Source: Lama guanicoe (taxonomy: Eukaryota). From it: DNA of 64,000 bases. Of the stretch, positions 14,100 to 27,512 are shown in pieces. A model generated the notes under the pieces. It made no database searches, had not been told where the DNA came from, and saw only the letters and a program-made list of their open reading frames with translations. Made by a program: the position numbers and the translations under genes. The DNA lies in NCBI GenBank assembly GCA_013239625.1, contig MU054049.1, positions 383,015-447,014 on the forward strand, written 5' to 3'. The first letter of the stretch is position 1, and each line of letters starts with the position of its first letter.

Positions 14100-14670
14100 G
14101 GTTTAGAAGTATGTGTCTTTAAATTCCAAATGTATGTTTCATCTTTCTGTGGCTGACTTCTAACTGAATTTCTTTGTATCAGAGACCACAGTCAATACTA
14201 CAAAAATTATTTGACATTTATTATGATATATTTTGATTTGGTACATGGTAAATTTTTATAAGTGGTCCATGTATGTTTAAAAAAATTATGTGCTCTCTAA
14301 TTTTTGGATGCATGTTCTGTATATGTTCATTATATCTAGCTTGCTAATTCACTTTTTAAAATAATTTCTATGCTCTTAACTAACTGTCTAATATATCAAT
14401 AAAAGAGATACTTTAAAATGGCATACTATCATAGTGAATTTATCAATTACTCTCTGTAATTCTGATTTACATATTCTGAAGCTAGTGTTAGGTGCTTCTA
14501 TAAACTTAGAATTTTATATCTTCCTTGTGAGCCAGCAAACCTTTTAGTATTATACAGTGACTTAATACCTAATGGTTTGCTTTTAAATCTCTTCTTTCTG
14601 ATATCTCTATAGCTATACCAGCTCTTTTTTTTTGTTAGTGTTCCTCTGTGTATTTTAATTTTTCTACTTT
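14100..14670 (-). mobile_element. Old L1 ORF2 fragment
   Basis: tctgatatctctatagctataccagctc is the reverse complement of an endonuclease-region motif. Confidence 0.65.
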
Positions 14671-15329
14671 AAAATATCAAGAGAAAATACTCCCCAAAGA
14701 TTTATTCTCATCAACCTATGTGGATAACCACTAAAATAAGTGAGATGAGCTCTACAGAGTTGACCTAGTCCTGAAAAATAGTTTATCAACACTACTAGGT
14801 AAAGCTAATCTCTAAAAATTAATTTCAGGTAATTAAAGTAGGAATGTGGAGACTGTGAATGAAATGGCCCAGAGGAAAAGAAAGGGGTAATGCTATCATA
14901 TCAACACAATCCCTCCCAGCTCCAACAAGACACGTTAAAAAGCCATCTGCACACAACTCATCTACTAAGAAAAAGTGACACCACCTGAATGAGAAGTCCT
15001 AGCATAATTTAAACCTGAGAGGTACTTAAAGTCACGCTTCAGAATCAACTTTATTGTATTTATCAAAGAAACAAACTGTTCTAGATAGCTGTAATTCAAA
15101 TAAGGCTCACTTAGGACCGTCACATGTCTCTGATTGAATGAAATCTGATCTGGCTAATGATGCCAAGAAGGCACAAGGAGAAATATTCTAAATTATCAAG
15201 AAACCAGGTCTTTTTGGAGAGTGCTCACTGAATCCAATTATGTCAAAGAAAGGGCTGGATTAATTTTTCCAAGGAGCCTAAGTTAACTTTTCTGCACTGT
15301 GTATGCCAAAGACTCATGAGGACAGAGGG

Positions 15330-15480
15330 AAAGCAGCAATACTGAGAGGTAAGAGCCTGGTTTCTAGTCTTTCTCTGCGACTGGAGAGCTGTATGATCAC
15401 AGGGAAATCATTTCAGCTTTCTGGGACTTAGTTTCTTCACCTCTAAAATGAGCACTGGAACAAAAATTTATTGATCTATC
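15330..15480 (+). mobile_element. MIR
   Basis: MIR core agtttcttcacctctaaaatg. Confidence 0.6.
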
Positions 15481-17574
15481 TTCTAAATCTAAACATCTAC
15501 ATACAAGTCTATGAAGTCAAGACAGTTCCCAGGGACAGCATCGTACTGAGAGGGCATCAAGTGGCCATTACATCAAATTAATTGTTTCACGAAATGTAAG
15601 CAAAGCAAGTTCTAATAAAACCGGCTGATTTTCACAACATACTCTAAAAGCCACCCAGAAATGTTCTAAAATACTCTTTTCTAAAAGTAAACTTTAAAGC
15701 ATATCAAATCTCATCCTAGAAAAATCAAGCCATAAAATACAGGGGAAAAAACCCAAACCATAAAATACAGTCAGTTCTAGAAGGGTGTCAAGTATGGCTG
15801 TATAAAGGATCTACTCAAGACACTCTATGAAGTTGTCCACTTTCAAATACCTGTCCTTCAAGTAGGAAATCATTCTGATCATAGAAAAGTATCAACAGTG
15901 GGGCTGAGAGCCCAGAATTACACTAAAAGAGCCTGCCAGCCAGAGATGTGATGGTGGCCTTGATGTGGCCACCTTACATGTCACAGAGGAATGGACAGAC
16001 TCCGACATGAGAGAACAGCCAGGCTACAATGTTGTTTTCTGAAGGAGCAGCACAGCACGGCTGCAGCCCTGGGTGGGGGTGGTGGCCAGACTGGGAAAGT
16101 GGGGGAAGCAGTGCTTGTTCTTGGTACTGATTTTTATCTCTATGAATGCTGGAACCTACAGGAAGTGAGTATGAGGACAGTAACATGATGGAAGCCCCAA
16201 AGCTCCAACAGATTGGAGAGGAAAAAAAAGCAAGGCACCCACGAGATGAAAACGTATTTCTCTTTTTGTGCTCTAACCCTGGGAGTATCTCCACAAGAAA
16301 GGTAATGTGTCAAGGGGAGGGCTTTGCCCCAGATTTACTCACAGCCGTCTACTATTCCATAGTTCAGAGCCACTGAACCATGCTATCTCTCTCAGTTAAA
16401 AATTCCATCATCAATATATCCAAGGTGCTTCAAATTTTACGTGAAATTTATTTTGCACCTGCTAGTAGCACAAAGTGAAATAGATGCTAAAATAAGTAAA
16501 ATTTCCAAAATAGCATTGAAAGGGGTTTTCTTCCATTGCAAAAAGTTCCACTCTTCCAAATCCCTATTTTGATCACCTTCAATATCAGAGTGACACAGAA
16601 TTGAGAAATCATTGTGGTAAGGAGAACAAAACATCTGCCTATAACTTAGAGAGCTTAGTCAGTAATTTAGGCACCAGCCAGAGTCAGTTAGCAAAGATCC
16701 CTCTTCTAGTTTTACCTCAGAGCTCAGTGATTGAGGTGTCGTGGCCTGACTTGATGAAGGCAAGTCTTCCTGATCTGATGAAAGCAAAGATGGATCCAGG
16801 TTTTTCATATCAGAGTCCTCTCCCTTCTGATCTTTTCCTGAATAAAGAAAAGGAAAGAAATGATCAAATGCAAAGGCCTACAGAGAAGGAAAGGTTGAGC
16901 CTTAGAAAGAAAAGCCAAGCTAACTGAGAGGAATTGTCACCTGCTTTTCCTGTTCTAGACTTATCTCATCTCTGTCTCCTACACTAATCACTTTTCTCCC
17001 TGCTTTGAAAAAGTAACAGCGCAAACAAGATCCTTCTTCTAGGGTTATCCTCAGAAAGCTGATTTTTGAGCAGTCCCTTTGTTCCTACTTCAGTATTATT
17101 CAACAAAGCACTCTTCAGATAAATTCCAAATACATACCACCTACAGAACCTATGCATTGGGATCTACAGAATGCAAATCTGGGTTTCAGAGTCTACTTCT
17201 TGGATAAAAACAGTGTGTTATATAAGTCTCATTTTAATGTCTTGTATTGTTAATAAATAAATTAGCAATATGTTAATGTACATAGAAAGTTGTTTTATTG
17301 AAGAATGTAATACAAATGATCCTTAGGAAACTCATAGCTGGTTTTATTATAGGATTTTTCTAATTACTCTATTAATTTCACTACACAGAATCTTCCATAT
17401 GGAAGCCAAGGGAGATACTTTTCTCTGATCTTAGAATTAAACAGTGTACTGTTTCTTATGTCATGGCAGTCTTAAATATTATGATTTAGAAATCATATCA
17501 TATTAAACATATCATATTAAATAGATATAGAAATAGATATAGAAATCATATCATATTAAACATATCATATTAAA

Positions 17575-20500
17575 AAATCAACAATAAAAAGTATAGTAAA
17601 AATATAAACAAGTACTTTGGAAACTAAAAAGTGTATTTCTGAATGAGTCAAAAGGAAATCAAATAGAAATTATGAACTATTATAACACATGAATTAATTT
17701 TATAAGTACATATAAGAAATATCAATGAAAGGACAATATATCAAAACCAATGTGAAGTAGCTAAAGGGGAAATGCATAGTTTTAAAAACATTTATAAAAA
17801 AGACAGAAAAAAATGACAAAAATGAGTTTTATATTCAATCATAAAGGCCAAGAATGACTGAGGAAATCCCCCAAAACAGAAAGGAAGAAATCATAAAAAA
17901 AAATGGCAAATAGAAACTAAGCTGAAATAATAGAATAATCAACAAATCGAAGACTGATTCTTAGAAATCAAATACTTAAACATACACACATCTCTTTCAC
18001 TACTCAGTAACATCAAAAATGAAAAAAGGCACAACCACAAGTCCAACTATCATTTTAAGAACTAATAAGCAAATCCTATGAGAGCCTTTAGACAAATTTG
18101 ATGAAGTAGAAACTTTTAATAAAGAATTATAAATTATCAGAATCTACTCAAGAATATATAAGCCTGAATAGTATAATAATCATTCAAAAAGTTAAATCAA
18201 TAATTAAAAGTCTCACACTCAGGAGGAAAAAGGCATCTGGACCCAAACAGATTTCCAGGTGAGATTTTATTAGACTTTCAATGAACAAAAATCTCTTTCT
18301 TATGCAAACAGTTACAGAGAATTTTTTTAAAGTAAAGATACTTAACTCATATTAAAAGGTTGGTAAATCCTGACATGAAAACAAAATATGTAAAATACAA
18401 GTAAGAAAAATTGTAAGCCAAACTCAAAAATGAACACAGATGCAAAAGTTCTAAATAAAATATTACCAAATGGTACAGTGAAAAAAATGCACAGACTAAG
18501 ATTTATCTCAAAAATTCAAAGTATCCTCAGTTTCATAAACAATCATAAAAACCTATGAGTATAAATTGGCATATTAACAAATGTTAACAAAAGATAGGAC
18601 AGAAATTATATTATCATCTGAACATATAAAGAAAAATCATTTGAAAAATTCAAGTCTTTCAAGGTAGAAACAGAAGAAAACTTCTTTAACCTAGAGAAAA
18701 GTTTACCTAGTCAAAATACTGGGCAAACATTATCCTTAATGGCAAAACTTTAGACATATTCTCATTGTTTTACCGAAAATATAGGAATGCCTACTACCAC
18801 TATCCTTATTTAATACTGTATAAGATACAGGTCCCAAGCAATGAAAAGTCAGAAGAAAGGAAAAAAAAAGCCATAAGGATTGGAAAAAAGCAAGTAAACT
18901 GTTATTTGCAAATACTGTTACTACCTGCATAAAAAATTAAAAAGACTATGGTCAGATATTAGAAATAATAAGAAAGCTTGACAGAAGAGCTGACACCAAG
19001 ATCAGTAAAGTAGAAACATTCCATATGCCAACAATAACCATTCAGATATCGCAACAAAGAAAATATGTCATTCACAATAGAAATAAAAATATAAGGTAAC
19101 TAGAAATCAACTGAACCAAAAATATACAGTGAAAATTGCAAAATCTTATTGAAAGATACAAAAAATAGAATAAATAAGGAATGTATATTCATATAGGCGA
19201 AAACTCCTATCATAATAATGATAAATATCTTCTAAATTTATCTGTAGATTCAATGCAAATCCAGTCAAACTTCAAGCAGGAAATGAAGGTATATTTGTGT
19301 CTATGTACATGTCTACGTGTGTAGACAAACTAAAGAACAGCAAAGACAATTCCAGAAAATGAAAGCAAATTGGGGGCATTTGCCCTATCAGATATCAATA
19401 CTCATTCTAAGTTAGAGTAATCAAAACAGTGTGAATTGGTGTAAGGACAACAAAGCAGATCAATAAAAGAGAACTGGGCTTCAAAAACAGTCTCAAGCAC
19501 ACAAGCATCTGCCATTTGATAAAGATGGCAGCGCAGGTCAGAGTGGGGAAAGTACTAAAATAAGTGGGGTTGGGACGACTGGCTTTCCTCCCAGGGGAAA
19601 AAAAGATCATACCCCTTCTTCACAGCATGGTAAGATTGAAGATCAAAATATGCAAAGCAAAAGAGCGTATTTTTATTATCTCAGAGTAAGGACAGATTTT
19701 GGAATTATGAAAGCACAATTTATAGAAGATAATATTTATTAAGTTTGAAATTCAATTAAAAGATACTACCAACAAAAAATAAGCATTTACCAGGGAGAAG
19801 TGATACAACAGATAACAGAATTATCAAGGATATATAAAGAATTCTTAAAATTCATTAAGAAGACAAACAAGCCAATAGGAAAAAAAATGAGTAAAATATA
19901 TTAAACTAGTTGATACTCTAAGTTGCAAGTTAACAGCAACCAACTACTGCTGATTTGCGAATAAAGAAAATTTACCACATGTGCTCTGGGAAACTCCTTT
20001 AACCACCAAAAAAGCTGAGCAATAAGATACGATCCCTGAACGCTATGGGGTGCACATCTAACACTCCTGGTACGGAATGCTATCCTCCCAGAGCCCTTGA
20101 CGTTGGACGTCACTGCCACTACTTCCTCATACCAAGACTTAAAGGACAGGGAGCTCTGCAAACTTAAGAAGGTGCTTCACATGCTAGGGAGGCAAATTAC
20201 AAGAAAAAAAGAGCATCTATGAGAATTATAAACAAGCAACTCATAGAAGAAGAAAAGTTACAGGCCAATAAATTTATGAAAAAATGTCCACCATCACCTA
20301 ATATAAGGAAAGACCTAAAATCCATGATTTAAACTTCTACCTTAAGAAATCAGAAAAAGAAAAAATAAATAAATTCAAAGAAGCAGACTAATACATAGAG
20401 TGGTAAGAACAGGAATCAATTAAATAAGGAGAAAAACAATAAAATGGAACCAACATCTGATTCATTGAAAAGATCAGTAAAATTGGTAAATATCTTGACA

Positions 20501-20900
20501 GATGAATCAACAAATAAAAGAGAGAATAAACAAACTGATAATCTCAGGAATGAAAGAGAGGACTCCATAATATTTCAACAGAAATTTAAAGGATGTTAAA
20601 GAAATATTATGAATAACTACATCAGTAAGTTTGACAACGTATATGAAATGAACAAATAATTTGAAAGACACAATCTAACATAGCTCAGCCAAGAAGAAAC
20701 ACAAAATCTGAACAGACCTATAGCTAGTAAAGAAATTGAATCTATAATTTAAAATCCTCCCACAAAGAAGAACACCTGGTCCAAACAGCTTCACTGGCAA
20801 ATTCAAAACATTTAAGGAAAAGCACCAATTTTACACCAACTTTCAAAAACACTGAAGAGACGCATACACTTCTCACTTCATTCTATGAGGTGAACACTAC
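17575..20900 (+). mobile_element. Old L1 ORF2 remnants (two pieces) with a foreign insert at about 19907-20233
   Basis: A-rich degenerate ORF2 motifs (gatgcaaaagttctaaataaaatattacc; tcacttcattctatgagg). Confidence 0.8.
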
Positions 20901-21060
20901 TGTATGAGCCTGTTAGGGCAATCATAACAAAATACCACAGACTGAGTGGCTTATTTATTTTCTCACAGATCTGGAGGCTGCAAGTCCAAAATCAAGGGGC
21001 CAGCAAGTCTGGTTTCTTCTGAGGCATCTCTCCTTGGTTTACAGGTGGCCTCCTTGTGGT
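20901..21060 (-). mobile_element. MLT1 LTR fragment
   Basis: cataacaaaataccacagactgagtggctta...ctggaggctgcaagtccaaaatcaagg. Confidence 0.8.
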
Positions 21061-21064
21061 GTCT

Positions 21065-21255
21065 GCTTTGATCCCAGTTCTGTCATTTGGTGTGACCTGG
21101 GTCAAGTTCCCTACTTTCTATGCCTCACTCTCCTCATCTACAGAAAAAAGTACTAACAGTACCTATGCCACAAGGATATCACAATGACTAAACCAGATGC
21201 ATGTGAAGCACTCAGCACAGCACCTGACACGGGAGCATTTGATGAGTTGGTTACT
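21065..21255 (+). mobile_element. MIR
   Basis: tgtgacctgggtcaagtt...cctcatctac...gcactcagcacagcacctgacac. Confidence 0.75.
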
Positions 21256-21374
21256 TCTGTCTGAGTTTCCAGAATTTATATTCTTCATTTACATTTTTCA
21301 AGAAATATTTACTCCATTAAACCATATAATTATTTTTTAATTTATTAAAGATAGTCAGAGCCCAGAAACAACAA

Positions 21375-21760
21375 TACTACATCAGCAACAAACATGACCA
21401 GTGTCCAGATATTGGTTTCCAAATGCTATTATCCAGTAAGAGAAAAGAAAGTTCTTTGGAGAAATGGCTGAATCTAGGGCTGAGGAGGGGGAAATGCAAG
21501 ATAAGCCTGGAGTATCTTGTAATGCATAAAGTAATAAAGTGCTCAAAAAACAAAAAGATGGAGTATGCCAAAGGGACACAAGAGTCAACTTGAAAGAGCT
21601 CCCAAGGGCCAGACTAGAACAATGTGAAAAACAAAGTAACATAACAACTAGATTATAATATACAGTATAAAATACATATACATGAGTCCATATTGATATA
21701 AACAAATGATTGAATAAATAAATAGGGGAGTAGAAATAAATCCTCTTTATAGAGGAGTGC
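21375..21760 (+). mobile_element. L1MC-type 3'UTR fragment
   Basis: ctttggagaaatggctgaatctagggctg...gcaagataagcctggagtatcttgta motif. Confidence 0.65.
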
Positions 21761-22590
21761 AGAAGCCAGGTTAAGGATTACAGAGTGAGACTCTGGTTTA
21801 GTTTGTTAACGGCCTGTGATACTCAGTGGTGAAATCATAATTGTCAATACAAGCCTGTATGACTTTGAATAGAATTATATAAGGGGACCCCTTGAGGGAT
21901 TGCTAGACTAGTTCATTTAAAATCTAACTAGACAATAAGATGTGCTATATTATGACAATAAATATCATTTTATTCTTTAAATTAGTAGAGAGGAAGCTGT
22001 CCGGCACAGTCAAAAAAAAAAGCAGTTCAGTAAATCTTGCAGGTTTCTGTTTTAATTAAACAAATAATTCTTTACAGCCGTGCATTCCTTTAGAGAAGGT
22101 AGGTTATTTAAAAAGTACAAGGTCTTCAACTTGAGGGCTCTTCATTTACTCAAATCAAATTTTGAAAGCTTGAAATTTGACAAAATTCTCAAAAGCACTG
22201 TAGACAAGCAGACACAATCCTTTTATTCTGAAAGTTAAAATCATACATGCTTGAAAAAATCATTCTGTGTTTAAGTGTCAGTCCATTTAGCTAATTTATA
22301 TTAGAGGAAAACTCATACAAATAAATATGGAAGGAACCCGTCTCAAATAAATTGTTCAACGCATTAAATAATCAACTAATAGTGAGAGGATAAAAGCTGG
22401 TTGAAAGACCATTTTAAGGAACAGGGTATGTTTATCTATTAGGAAAGGCATTTTGAAATAAGTTTGCTAAATTAGAAATAAAACTGATTAATGCCCTACA
22501 GGGCACTGAAACCATAACTTTTTCTGTCAGACAGACATCTTAATAAAGTGGTATTATTTAATTAATAACTTTACTTCTGATGTAACTTAC

Positions 22591-22695
22591 ACACGTGTGA
22601 CCCGCAACTTCAGCTCTTTGGTTATTATTTGTAACTAATTGTACTATACCTCACAAACTATTTTGACTCAGTAGAGCTTCATCAGGTTCGAAAAT
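22591..22695 (-). pseudogene. Exon remnant, 105 nt (phase 0: IFEPDEALLSQNSL*GIVQLVTNNNQRAEVAGHTC)
   Basis: Acceptor ctgctctttcaaag, consensus donor TGT|gtaagt, length divisible by 3; frame uncertain. Confidence 0.45.
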
Positions 22696-22859
22696 CTTTG
22701 AAAGAGCAGTAGGATCAAAATTAGGGAAATTTAGGATATCTCTGAAAATCCAGGACAGAAGGCAGAGATGAATTGGCTGCAAAGAGAGGAGACTTTTTGG
22801 GCAACTTCTCAGAATTCCATTTTATGGGTAAGTCTTAATTTATTAACTGTCCTATAATT

Positions 22860-23465
22860 GAAGGACATTTTGGGTTTTTCCCCAATATGTATTGTTGCAA
22901 ACAGTACTAAAATAAACATCCTTGCTCTTTCATCAGTTTTTACATGTGTGCGTACTTCTGTATAAGAAATCTAGATGAGGAATTTCTGGTTAAAGTTTAT
23001 GCACATTTGAAGGAGACTGATAATATTTCAGTTTACATTTAGCCTACTTCCTTGAGCCTATTTCCCTAAATCCTCACCAGCAGTGAATTTCATCAATTTT
23101 AATAATTTTTCCCAACTGAATACTAGCAAGGTTATCATCTTTTTTGTTAATTGGCTATTTCTACTTCATGTGAGTTTTCTGTTCATATCTTCTGCTTTTT
23201 TTTTCCTACTGAGTTGTTTGCTTCTTTTTTTAATTTGTAGGTTCTATAAATTATAGCTGATCTTACCTTTAATACATAAGTCTTTGATAATAATTAGCTG
23301 CTCAGTCTCCCCTTGTTTTCTGAATTCCTATTAGTTAAATGAAAGCTGCCTTAGATTTATGCTCTAACCTTATCTTTCTTGTATTTTCTATCTCTTTACC
23401 TTTTTCTTCTATTTTCTGAAAGATATATCCAACTTTATCCTCCTCTCCTGATTTCTTTTCATTTC
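22860..23465 (-). mobile_element. Old L1 fragments
   Basis: aataaacatccttg...cctcaccagcag, T-rich on the plus strand. Confidence 0.55.
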
Positions 23466-25664
23466 TACTAACACTTCCCTATTTCCAACCTAGAATACAG
23501 GGCCCAGGCTAGAACATGCAGTAGATAAATATCCATGGAATAATGAACTTTGTTAACAACTGTCATTGTATGATCCATGTTATTACATGCTTCTCTGGCA
23601 ATAAGAGTACTCTTCCCAGGTTTGGACAAATGCAAGATGCTGGGCAATGGGGAATGCTTTTCCATTATGGTAGTAGGGGTGTGCCCTTCCATCATGGATT
23701 CCAAATTAGTAGGCTAGAATAAACAAGGTATTGTCTCTTGGCCAGAAAGAGTCCAAATCAGAATCAAAGAAGAAAACTGACAAGTCAAAACTGGAGAAGG
23801 GGTGCTAAACATCAGCTCAAGGAATGAATCATGAAGTGGAAAGCTAGAAAAGCAGAAGTCATACAAGGCATACAAGACCATAAATTAATGGGTCCATGAG
23901 AAATGAAGACATCAGAGAGCTATTTTTATGTGTGCTCATGTGTGGCTTAGGGGCAGATATGAGAGTTTGAAAGCATCAGGCTGCACAGCATACCCCTTCT
24001 CCCTTCCTGCTCATTCCCAGACACCATAACCTTGAGATAAGGCAAGTGGCGTCCCTTTTTTTGTCCCGTCTGAGATCCTTCCCCTAAGAAAGTCTATTGG
24101 AGCTTCCTGTTCCTGTGAACTCCTCTGGTATCCAGCCTTTCTCCCTGGCTCAGGCACTAGAGCAAGCCCTGGTGGAGGCTGTTTGTGGAGCACACCCTAA
24201 AAGTCCTGGCAGCATGGCAATGCCCCATGGACTGGGTATGGTCATAAGGGGAATGGTAAGGAACAGTGAAAGACAGGGAGAACACGAACAGATGTAGTAG
24301 TGGTAGTAGAAAGTTGTCAACTTCAGTTATAACTTCAGTGATTTAGGAAGAACACAGAATGCAGCCTTCAATGTTCTTGAAGGGCCAGGCGATAAGAGAT
24401 TATATGGGACTTGAGTGAGTCTAGGTTGCCGATGGGATGCTTTCTATTGGTGAGCAATGCTATGTCAATTGAGGTCTACCAGCAGCCCCCTAATGTAGTA
24501 TTCTATAAATCTTTCTTGTGACTGAGATTCCTTGACCAATGGCCAGAGTCAAGATGGCTCTAGATATAGTACAGATCTAGGAGTTAAGGACATAATTACT
24601 AAGAAAGATGTGTGGACTGACTTAACTACCTTTTGTGTATTAATACTGCTTTTGAGAGTTATGTACCCTGTCATTTTACCCATATAAGGCACCGTGCCAA
24701 CAGCATTTTCCAGTGACTCCTTTAAATACCCCACCTGGCTTACTGATAGATGGACATGAACTTAGAAGGTCTTAAAAATTACAAGATACAAATGTGGCCC
24801 TCTCTCAGACACATGAGTGGGAAGACTAGGAAAAAATATCTCTTAAGAAAAAGTAGGGTTGACTGGAAAAACCAAAGATGAACCAGCACAAAGAATCTAG
24901 TGGTCTGTCCTGGCATATTTACTACAATGAGAACTATGTTCTCTTCCAGAATACTCAGGAATTGACAGAGAGCAGCATAAACCCTGGGCTAGCCAGCTCA
25001 GGTCCTACATGGTTCTGCACCATTCAGATTTCTTGACCTGGTGCAGTAAGATCACCAGAAATTTTAGGTCACTGTGGTTAAGTTTTAAAGGTGCATGAAA
25101 CATGAAGAAGGCTAAGGATCGTCACATAGACTTTGCCAATGGGACATCTAAGTGACCAGCACACTAGTTTAACTACTAAGTGAGTCCTCTGTGTATTCCA
25201 CCATTTTCAGAATCATAAAAGGATGGTTTCTGATTTCAGCATGCATTGCTAAGCTCAAACAACTATTTGGACCTGCAACAGGGTTCCAAGGGAGGCTTTA
25301 GGGCTAGCAAGTGCTCCAAGCAAAGAATTCCCTGGAGTTTGGTGGTCTAAGTCATCCCACTCTCAGGATGACCAGGAAGAAGAATGTCTACTCCATCAGA
25401 ATGACAGCTTCCTCTTGATCCAGGGCTGCTCTAGATCACTACAGTCAGAGGCTGGTTTAACCAATCTTCTCAGGGAAACTCAGCCAGTTCCTAAAGATCA
25501 TTCTTTCTTAAGGGCTCACAGACACCTGTTTTGGTAATAAAAATTTACCGTAAGTCAACACTGCTAATCCATCATTTGTTACAGGACAGAATACTGCTGA
25601 AACTACAGATTATTATCTCCTCCATTCTGTTTCCTTCCACTACTAAGAGCAGCTGTGAGGTCAG

Positions 25665-25880
25665 GTCCAAATCAACAAATGCTTATTAAATATCTACCAT
25701 ATACAAAGTACTGAGCTTGCTTCAGGAAAGAGGAAAACGATGCAGCCTCCATCCTCAAGGAGTTTGCAGTTCAATAAGAAAATGTAAAGATAAATCAGAC
25801 AATAAAACGCACCAATGAGGATATAAATAAAGGCTTATGGGAGCTGAGAAAAGAGAATACAAATTCCAGCTGGAATTCCA
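25665..25880 (-). mobile_element. L2 3' end
   Basis: tcaacaaatgcttattaaatatctacc...cctcaaggagtttgcagt. Confidence 0.65.
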
Positions 25881-26390
25881 TGAAAACTATAAATGCTTTT
25901 AATAAGTGATTTGGGGACTGTGTCTTTGACTAAAGATTTTAATCCATTTAAAGTAACCTGGTTCTTGCACTGTCTGTCTGTCTCTCGTTTTAGACTTTAA
26001 ATTCATCTATATGTTTAACTTTTCAACTTTGTAAAGCATTCTCTTTTATTAGAGATAATTCACTCTAAAAATAGAGTGAATTCACTCTATAAATAAAAAA
26101 TAAAATTATAAATTACTATAACATAATGTAGTACTCTTTGAATATAGAAAAATATGTTCAGAATCTAAAAATCAGTACTGCCAATAAAATATGAGAATCA
26201 CTAATTTTATTTTAATTTCTTGTAAGGAAGCCCACCCAGTTTGGCCACTTGTATATTAATTTGCAAATGTCTTAAGAAAGTAAATGCTTCAACTATTTTT
26301 TTGTATGCTGTCTTTGTCCTTTTCACTGAAGCTAAAACAAAGGCATGGAGTGTTTAGGATATAACAGGAATGAAGCTGAGTCAAAATTAC

Positions 26391-26697
26391 GTTTTAAAAG
26401 ACTCCAGCCAAATTTATAATTTCATCAGATTCTTGAATAGAAGTTTAGAAGATTATTAATTTATAGAACTGTCAGCGCACAGTTAGCTCAAAAAGGAAAA
26501 AGTATCAAGCAGATTTTTTTTAAATCATGTTACACAAAAGTAAATAAATAATCCTGGACAAGAATCACAGGAATTAAAGGAAGCTCAGGGCATCATTTCA
26601 CAACAAAAAAATCAACCACATTTCTTTTTGTTGTAATGACACCAAATAATGTGAGTTTACAGTATAACTAGTACATTGCTGGTAACGTGCTTAACTT
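26391..26697 (-). pseudogene. Heavily decayed exon candidate (...KLTLFGVITTKRNVVDFFVVK*CPELPLIPVILVQDYLFTF...)
   Basis: Acceptor atattatttttag, donor AAC|gtaatt. The translation looks protein-like but has seven stops, so support is weak. Confidence 0.3.
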
Positions 26698-27394
26698 CTA
26701 AAAATAATATGGCAATAAGTAGTAAAAGTAATACAAGATTCAGGTCTATTAGCTCAAGGATCCCAATTTGGATCCCAATCTTTTATTCTAAAGAAAGAAT
26801 TCAACCAAAGAATAAAATCTAAAATTCTAACTGTCAATATGGTATCTATAATTGAAGAAAAAAAAAACTGGAGACAACATTCGCACTATGAATGAGTAAT
26901 ATCATAATGAGAAAGAAAGCTGCCTCTAGGCCTTTCAGAGTGTAAACAGGGCCAGAAGTACTTCTGGAGTCAGACCTGCAAGGCTAGAGAAGCAGCCTGG
27001 CAGGAAATGCTCTGTGTAGAACTCTGGCTTAAACCTCTAGTGGGAGGGAGCAACACTGATTACACAGAGGCAGGGGAGGAGAGGAACCAGGAGCTGAACA
27101 CAGAAGGGATGAGAAAAGGTATAAAAGAAAGGTTGAAAACTGAGGGCAAGCTACTCATGTTTGAGACAAGACAATAACAACGTGGGTCAGCCAGGAGGCA
27201 GCATCATCTAATTAAAACATTGCATTAATATTATGCACCAAAATCCTTCTTCATGTTTTTGTGCTTTTATGTACTTTCCAAAGGACATAAATATTTCCTC
27301 AAAAAATATATATCACATCTACAATCAGAAAAAAAAACAAAGCTATTTCATCATTGTGAAATAAAACAGAGTCTAACCCTTGCCGCTAAGCAGG

Positions 27395-27512
27395 ATGGCT
27401 TGTTAGAGATGCAGAACGTTGGGCCCCACCACAGACTCAGTGAATCCCAATGTGCAGGTAACAAATCCACAGGTGGTTCAACACATATTTACAGACTGAG
27501 AAGCACTGCTCT
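27395..27512. mobile_element. MER5-type hAT-Charlie MITE
   Basis: ttgttagagatgcagaa...tgagaagcactgctct. Confidence 0.7.

Noticed and set aside
15978..16038. 61-nt segment with ccttcag acceptor and gtaagg donor
   Set aside because: Isolated, and I could not link it in phase to its neighbours; it may be a chance splice-like pair.
16601..16927. 108-aa plus-strand ORF with a repeated PDLMKA
   Set aside because: Non-ATG start, no splice context, and the repeat is a simple short tandem duplication.
19907..20233. Endogenous bornavirus-like element
   Set aside because: Only a vague resemblance in one plus-strand frame, with no clear motif or poly(A) tail. It needs blastx and is not claimed.
22080..22376. 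Two further exon-like segments (22247-22376 and from 22197)
   Set aside because: The implied intron would be 49 bp, too short for both to be real, and all frames contain stops. At most one is genuine.
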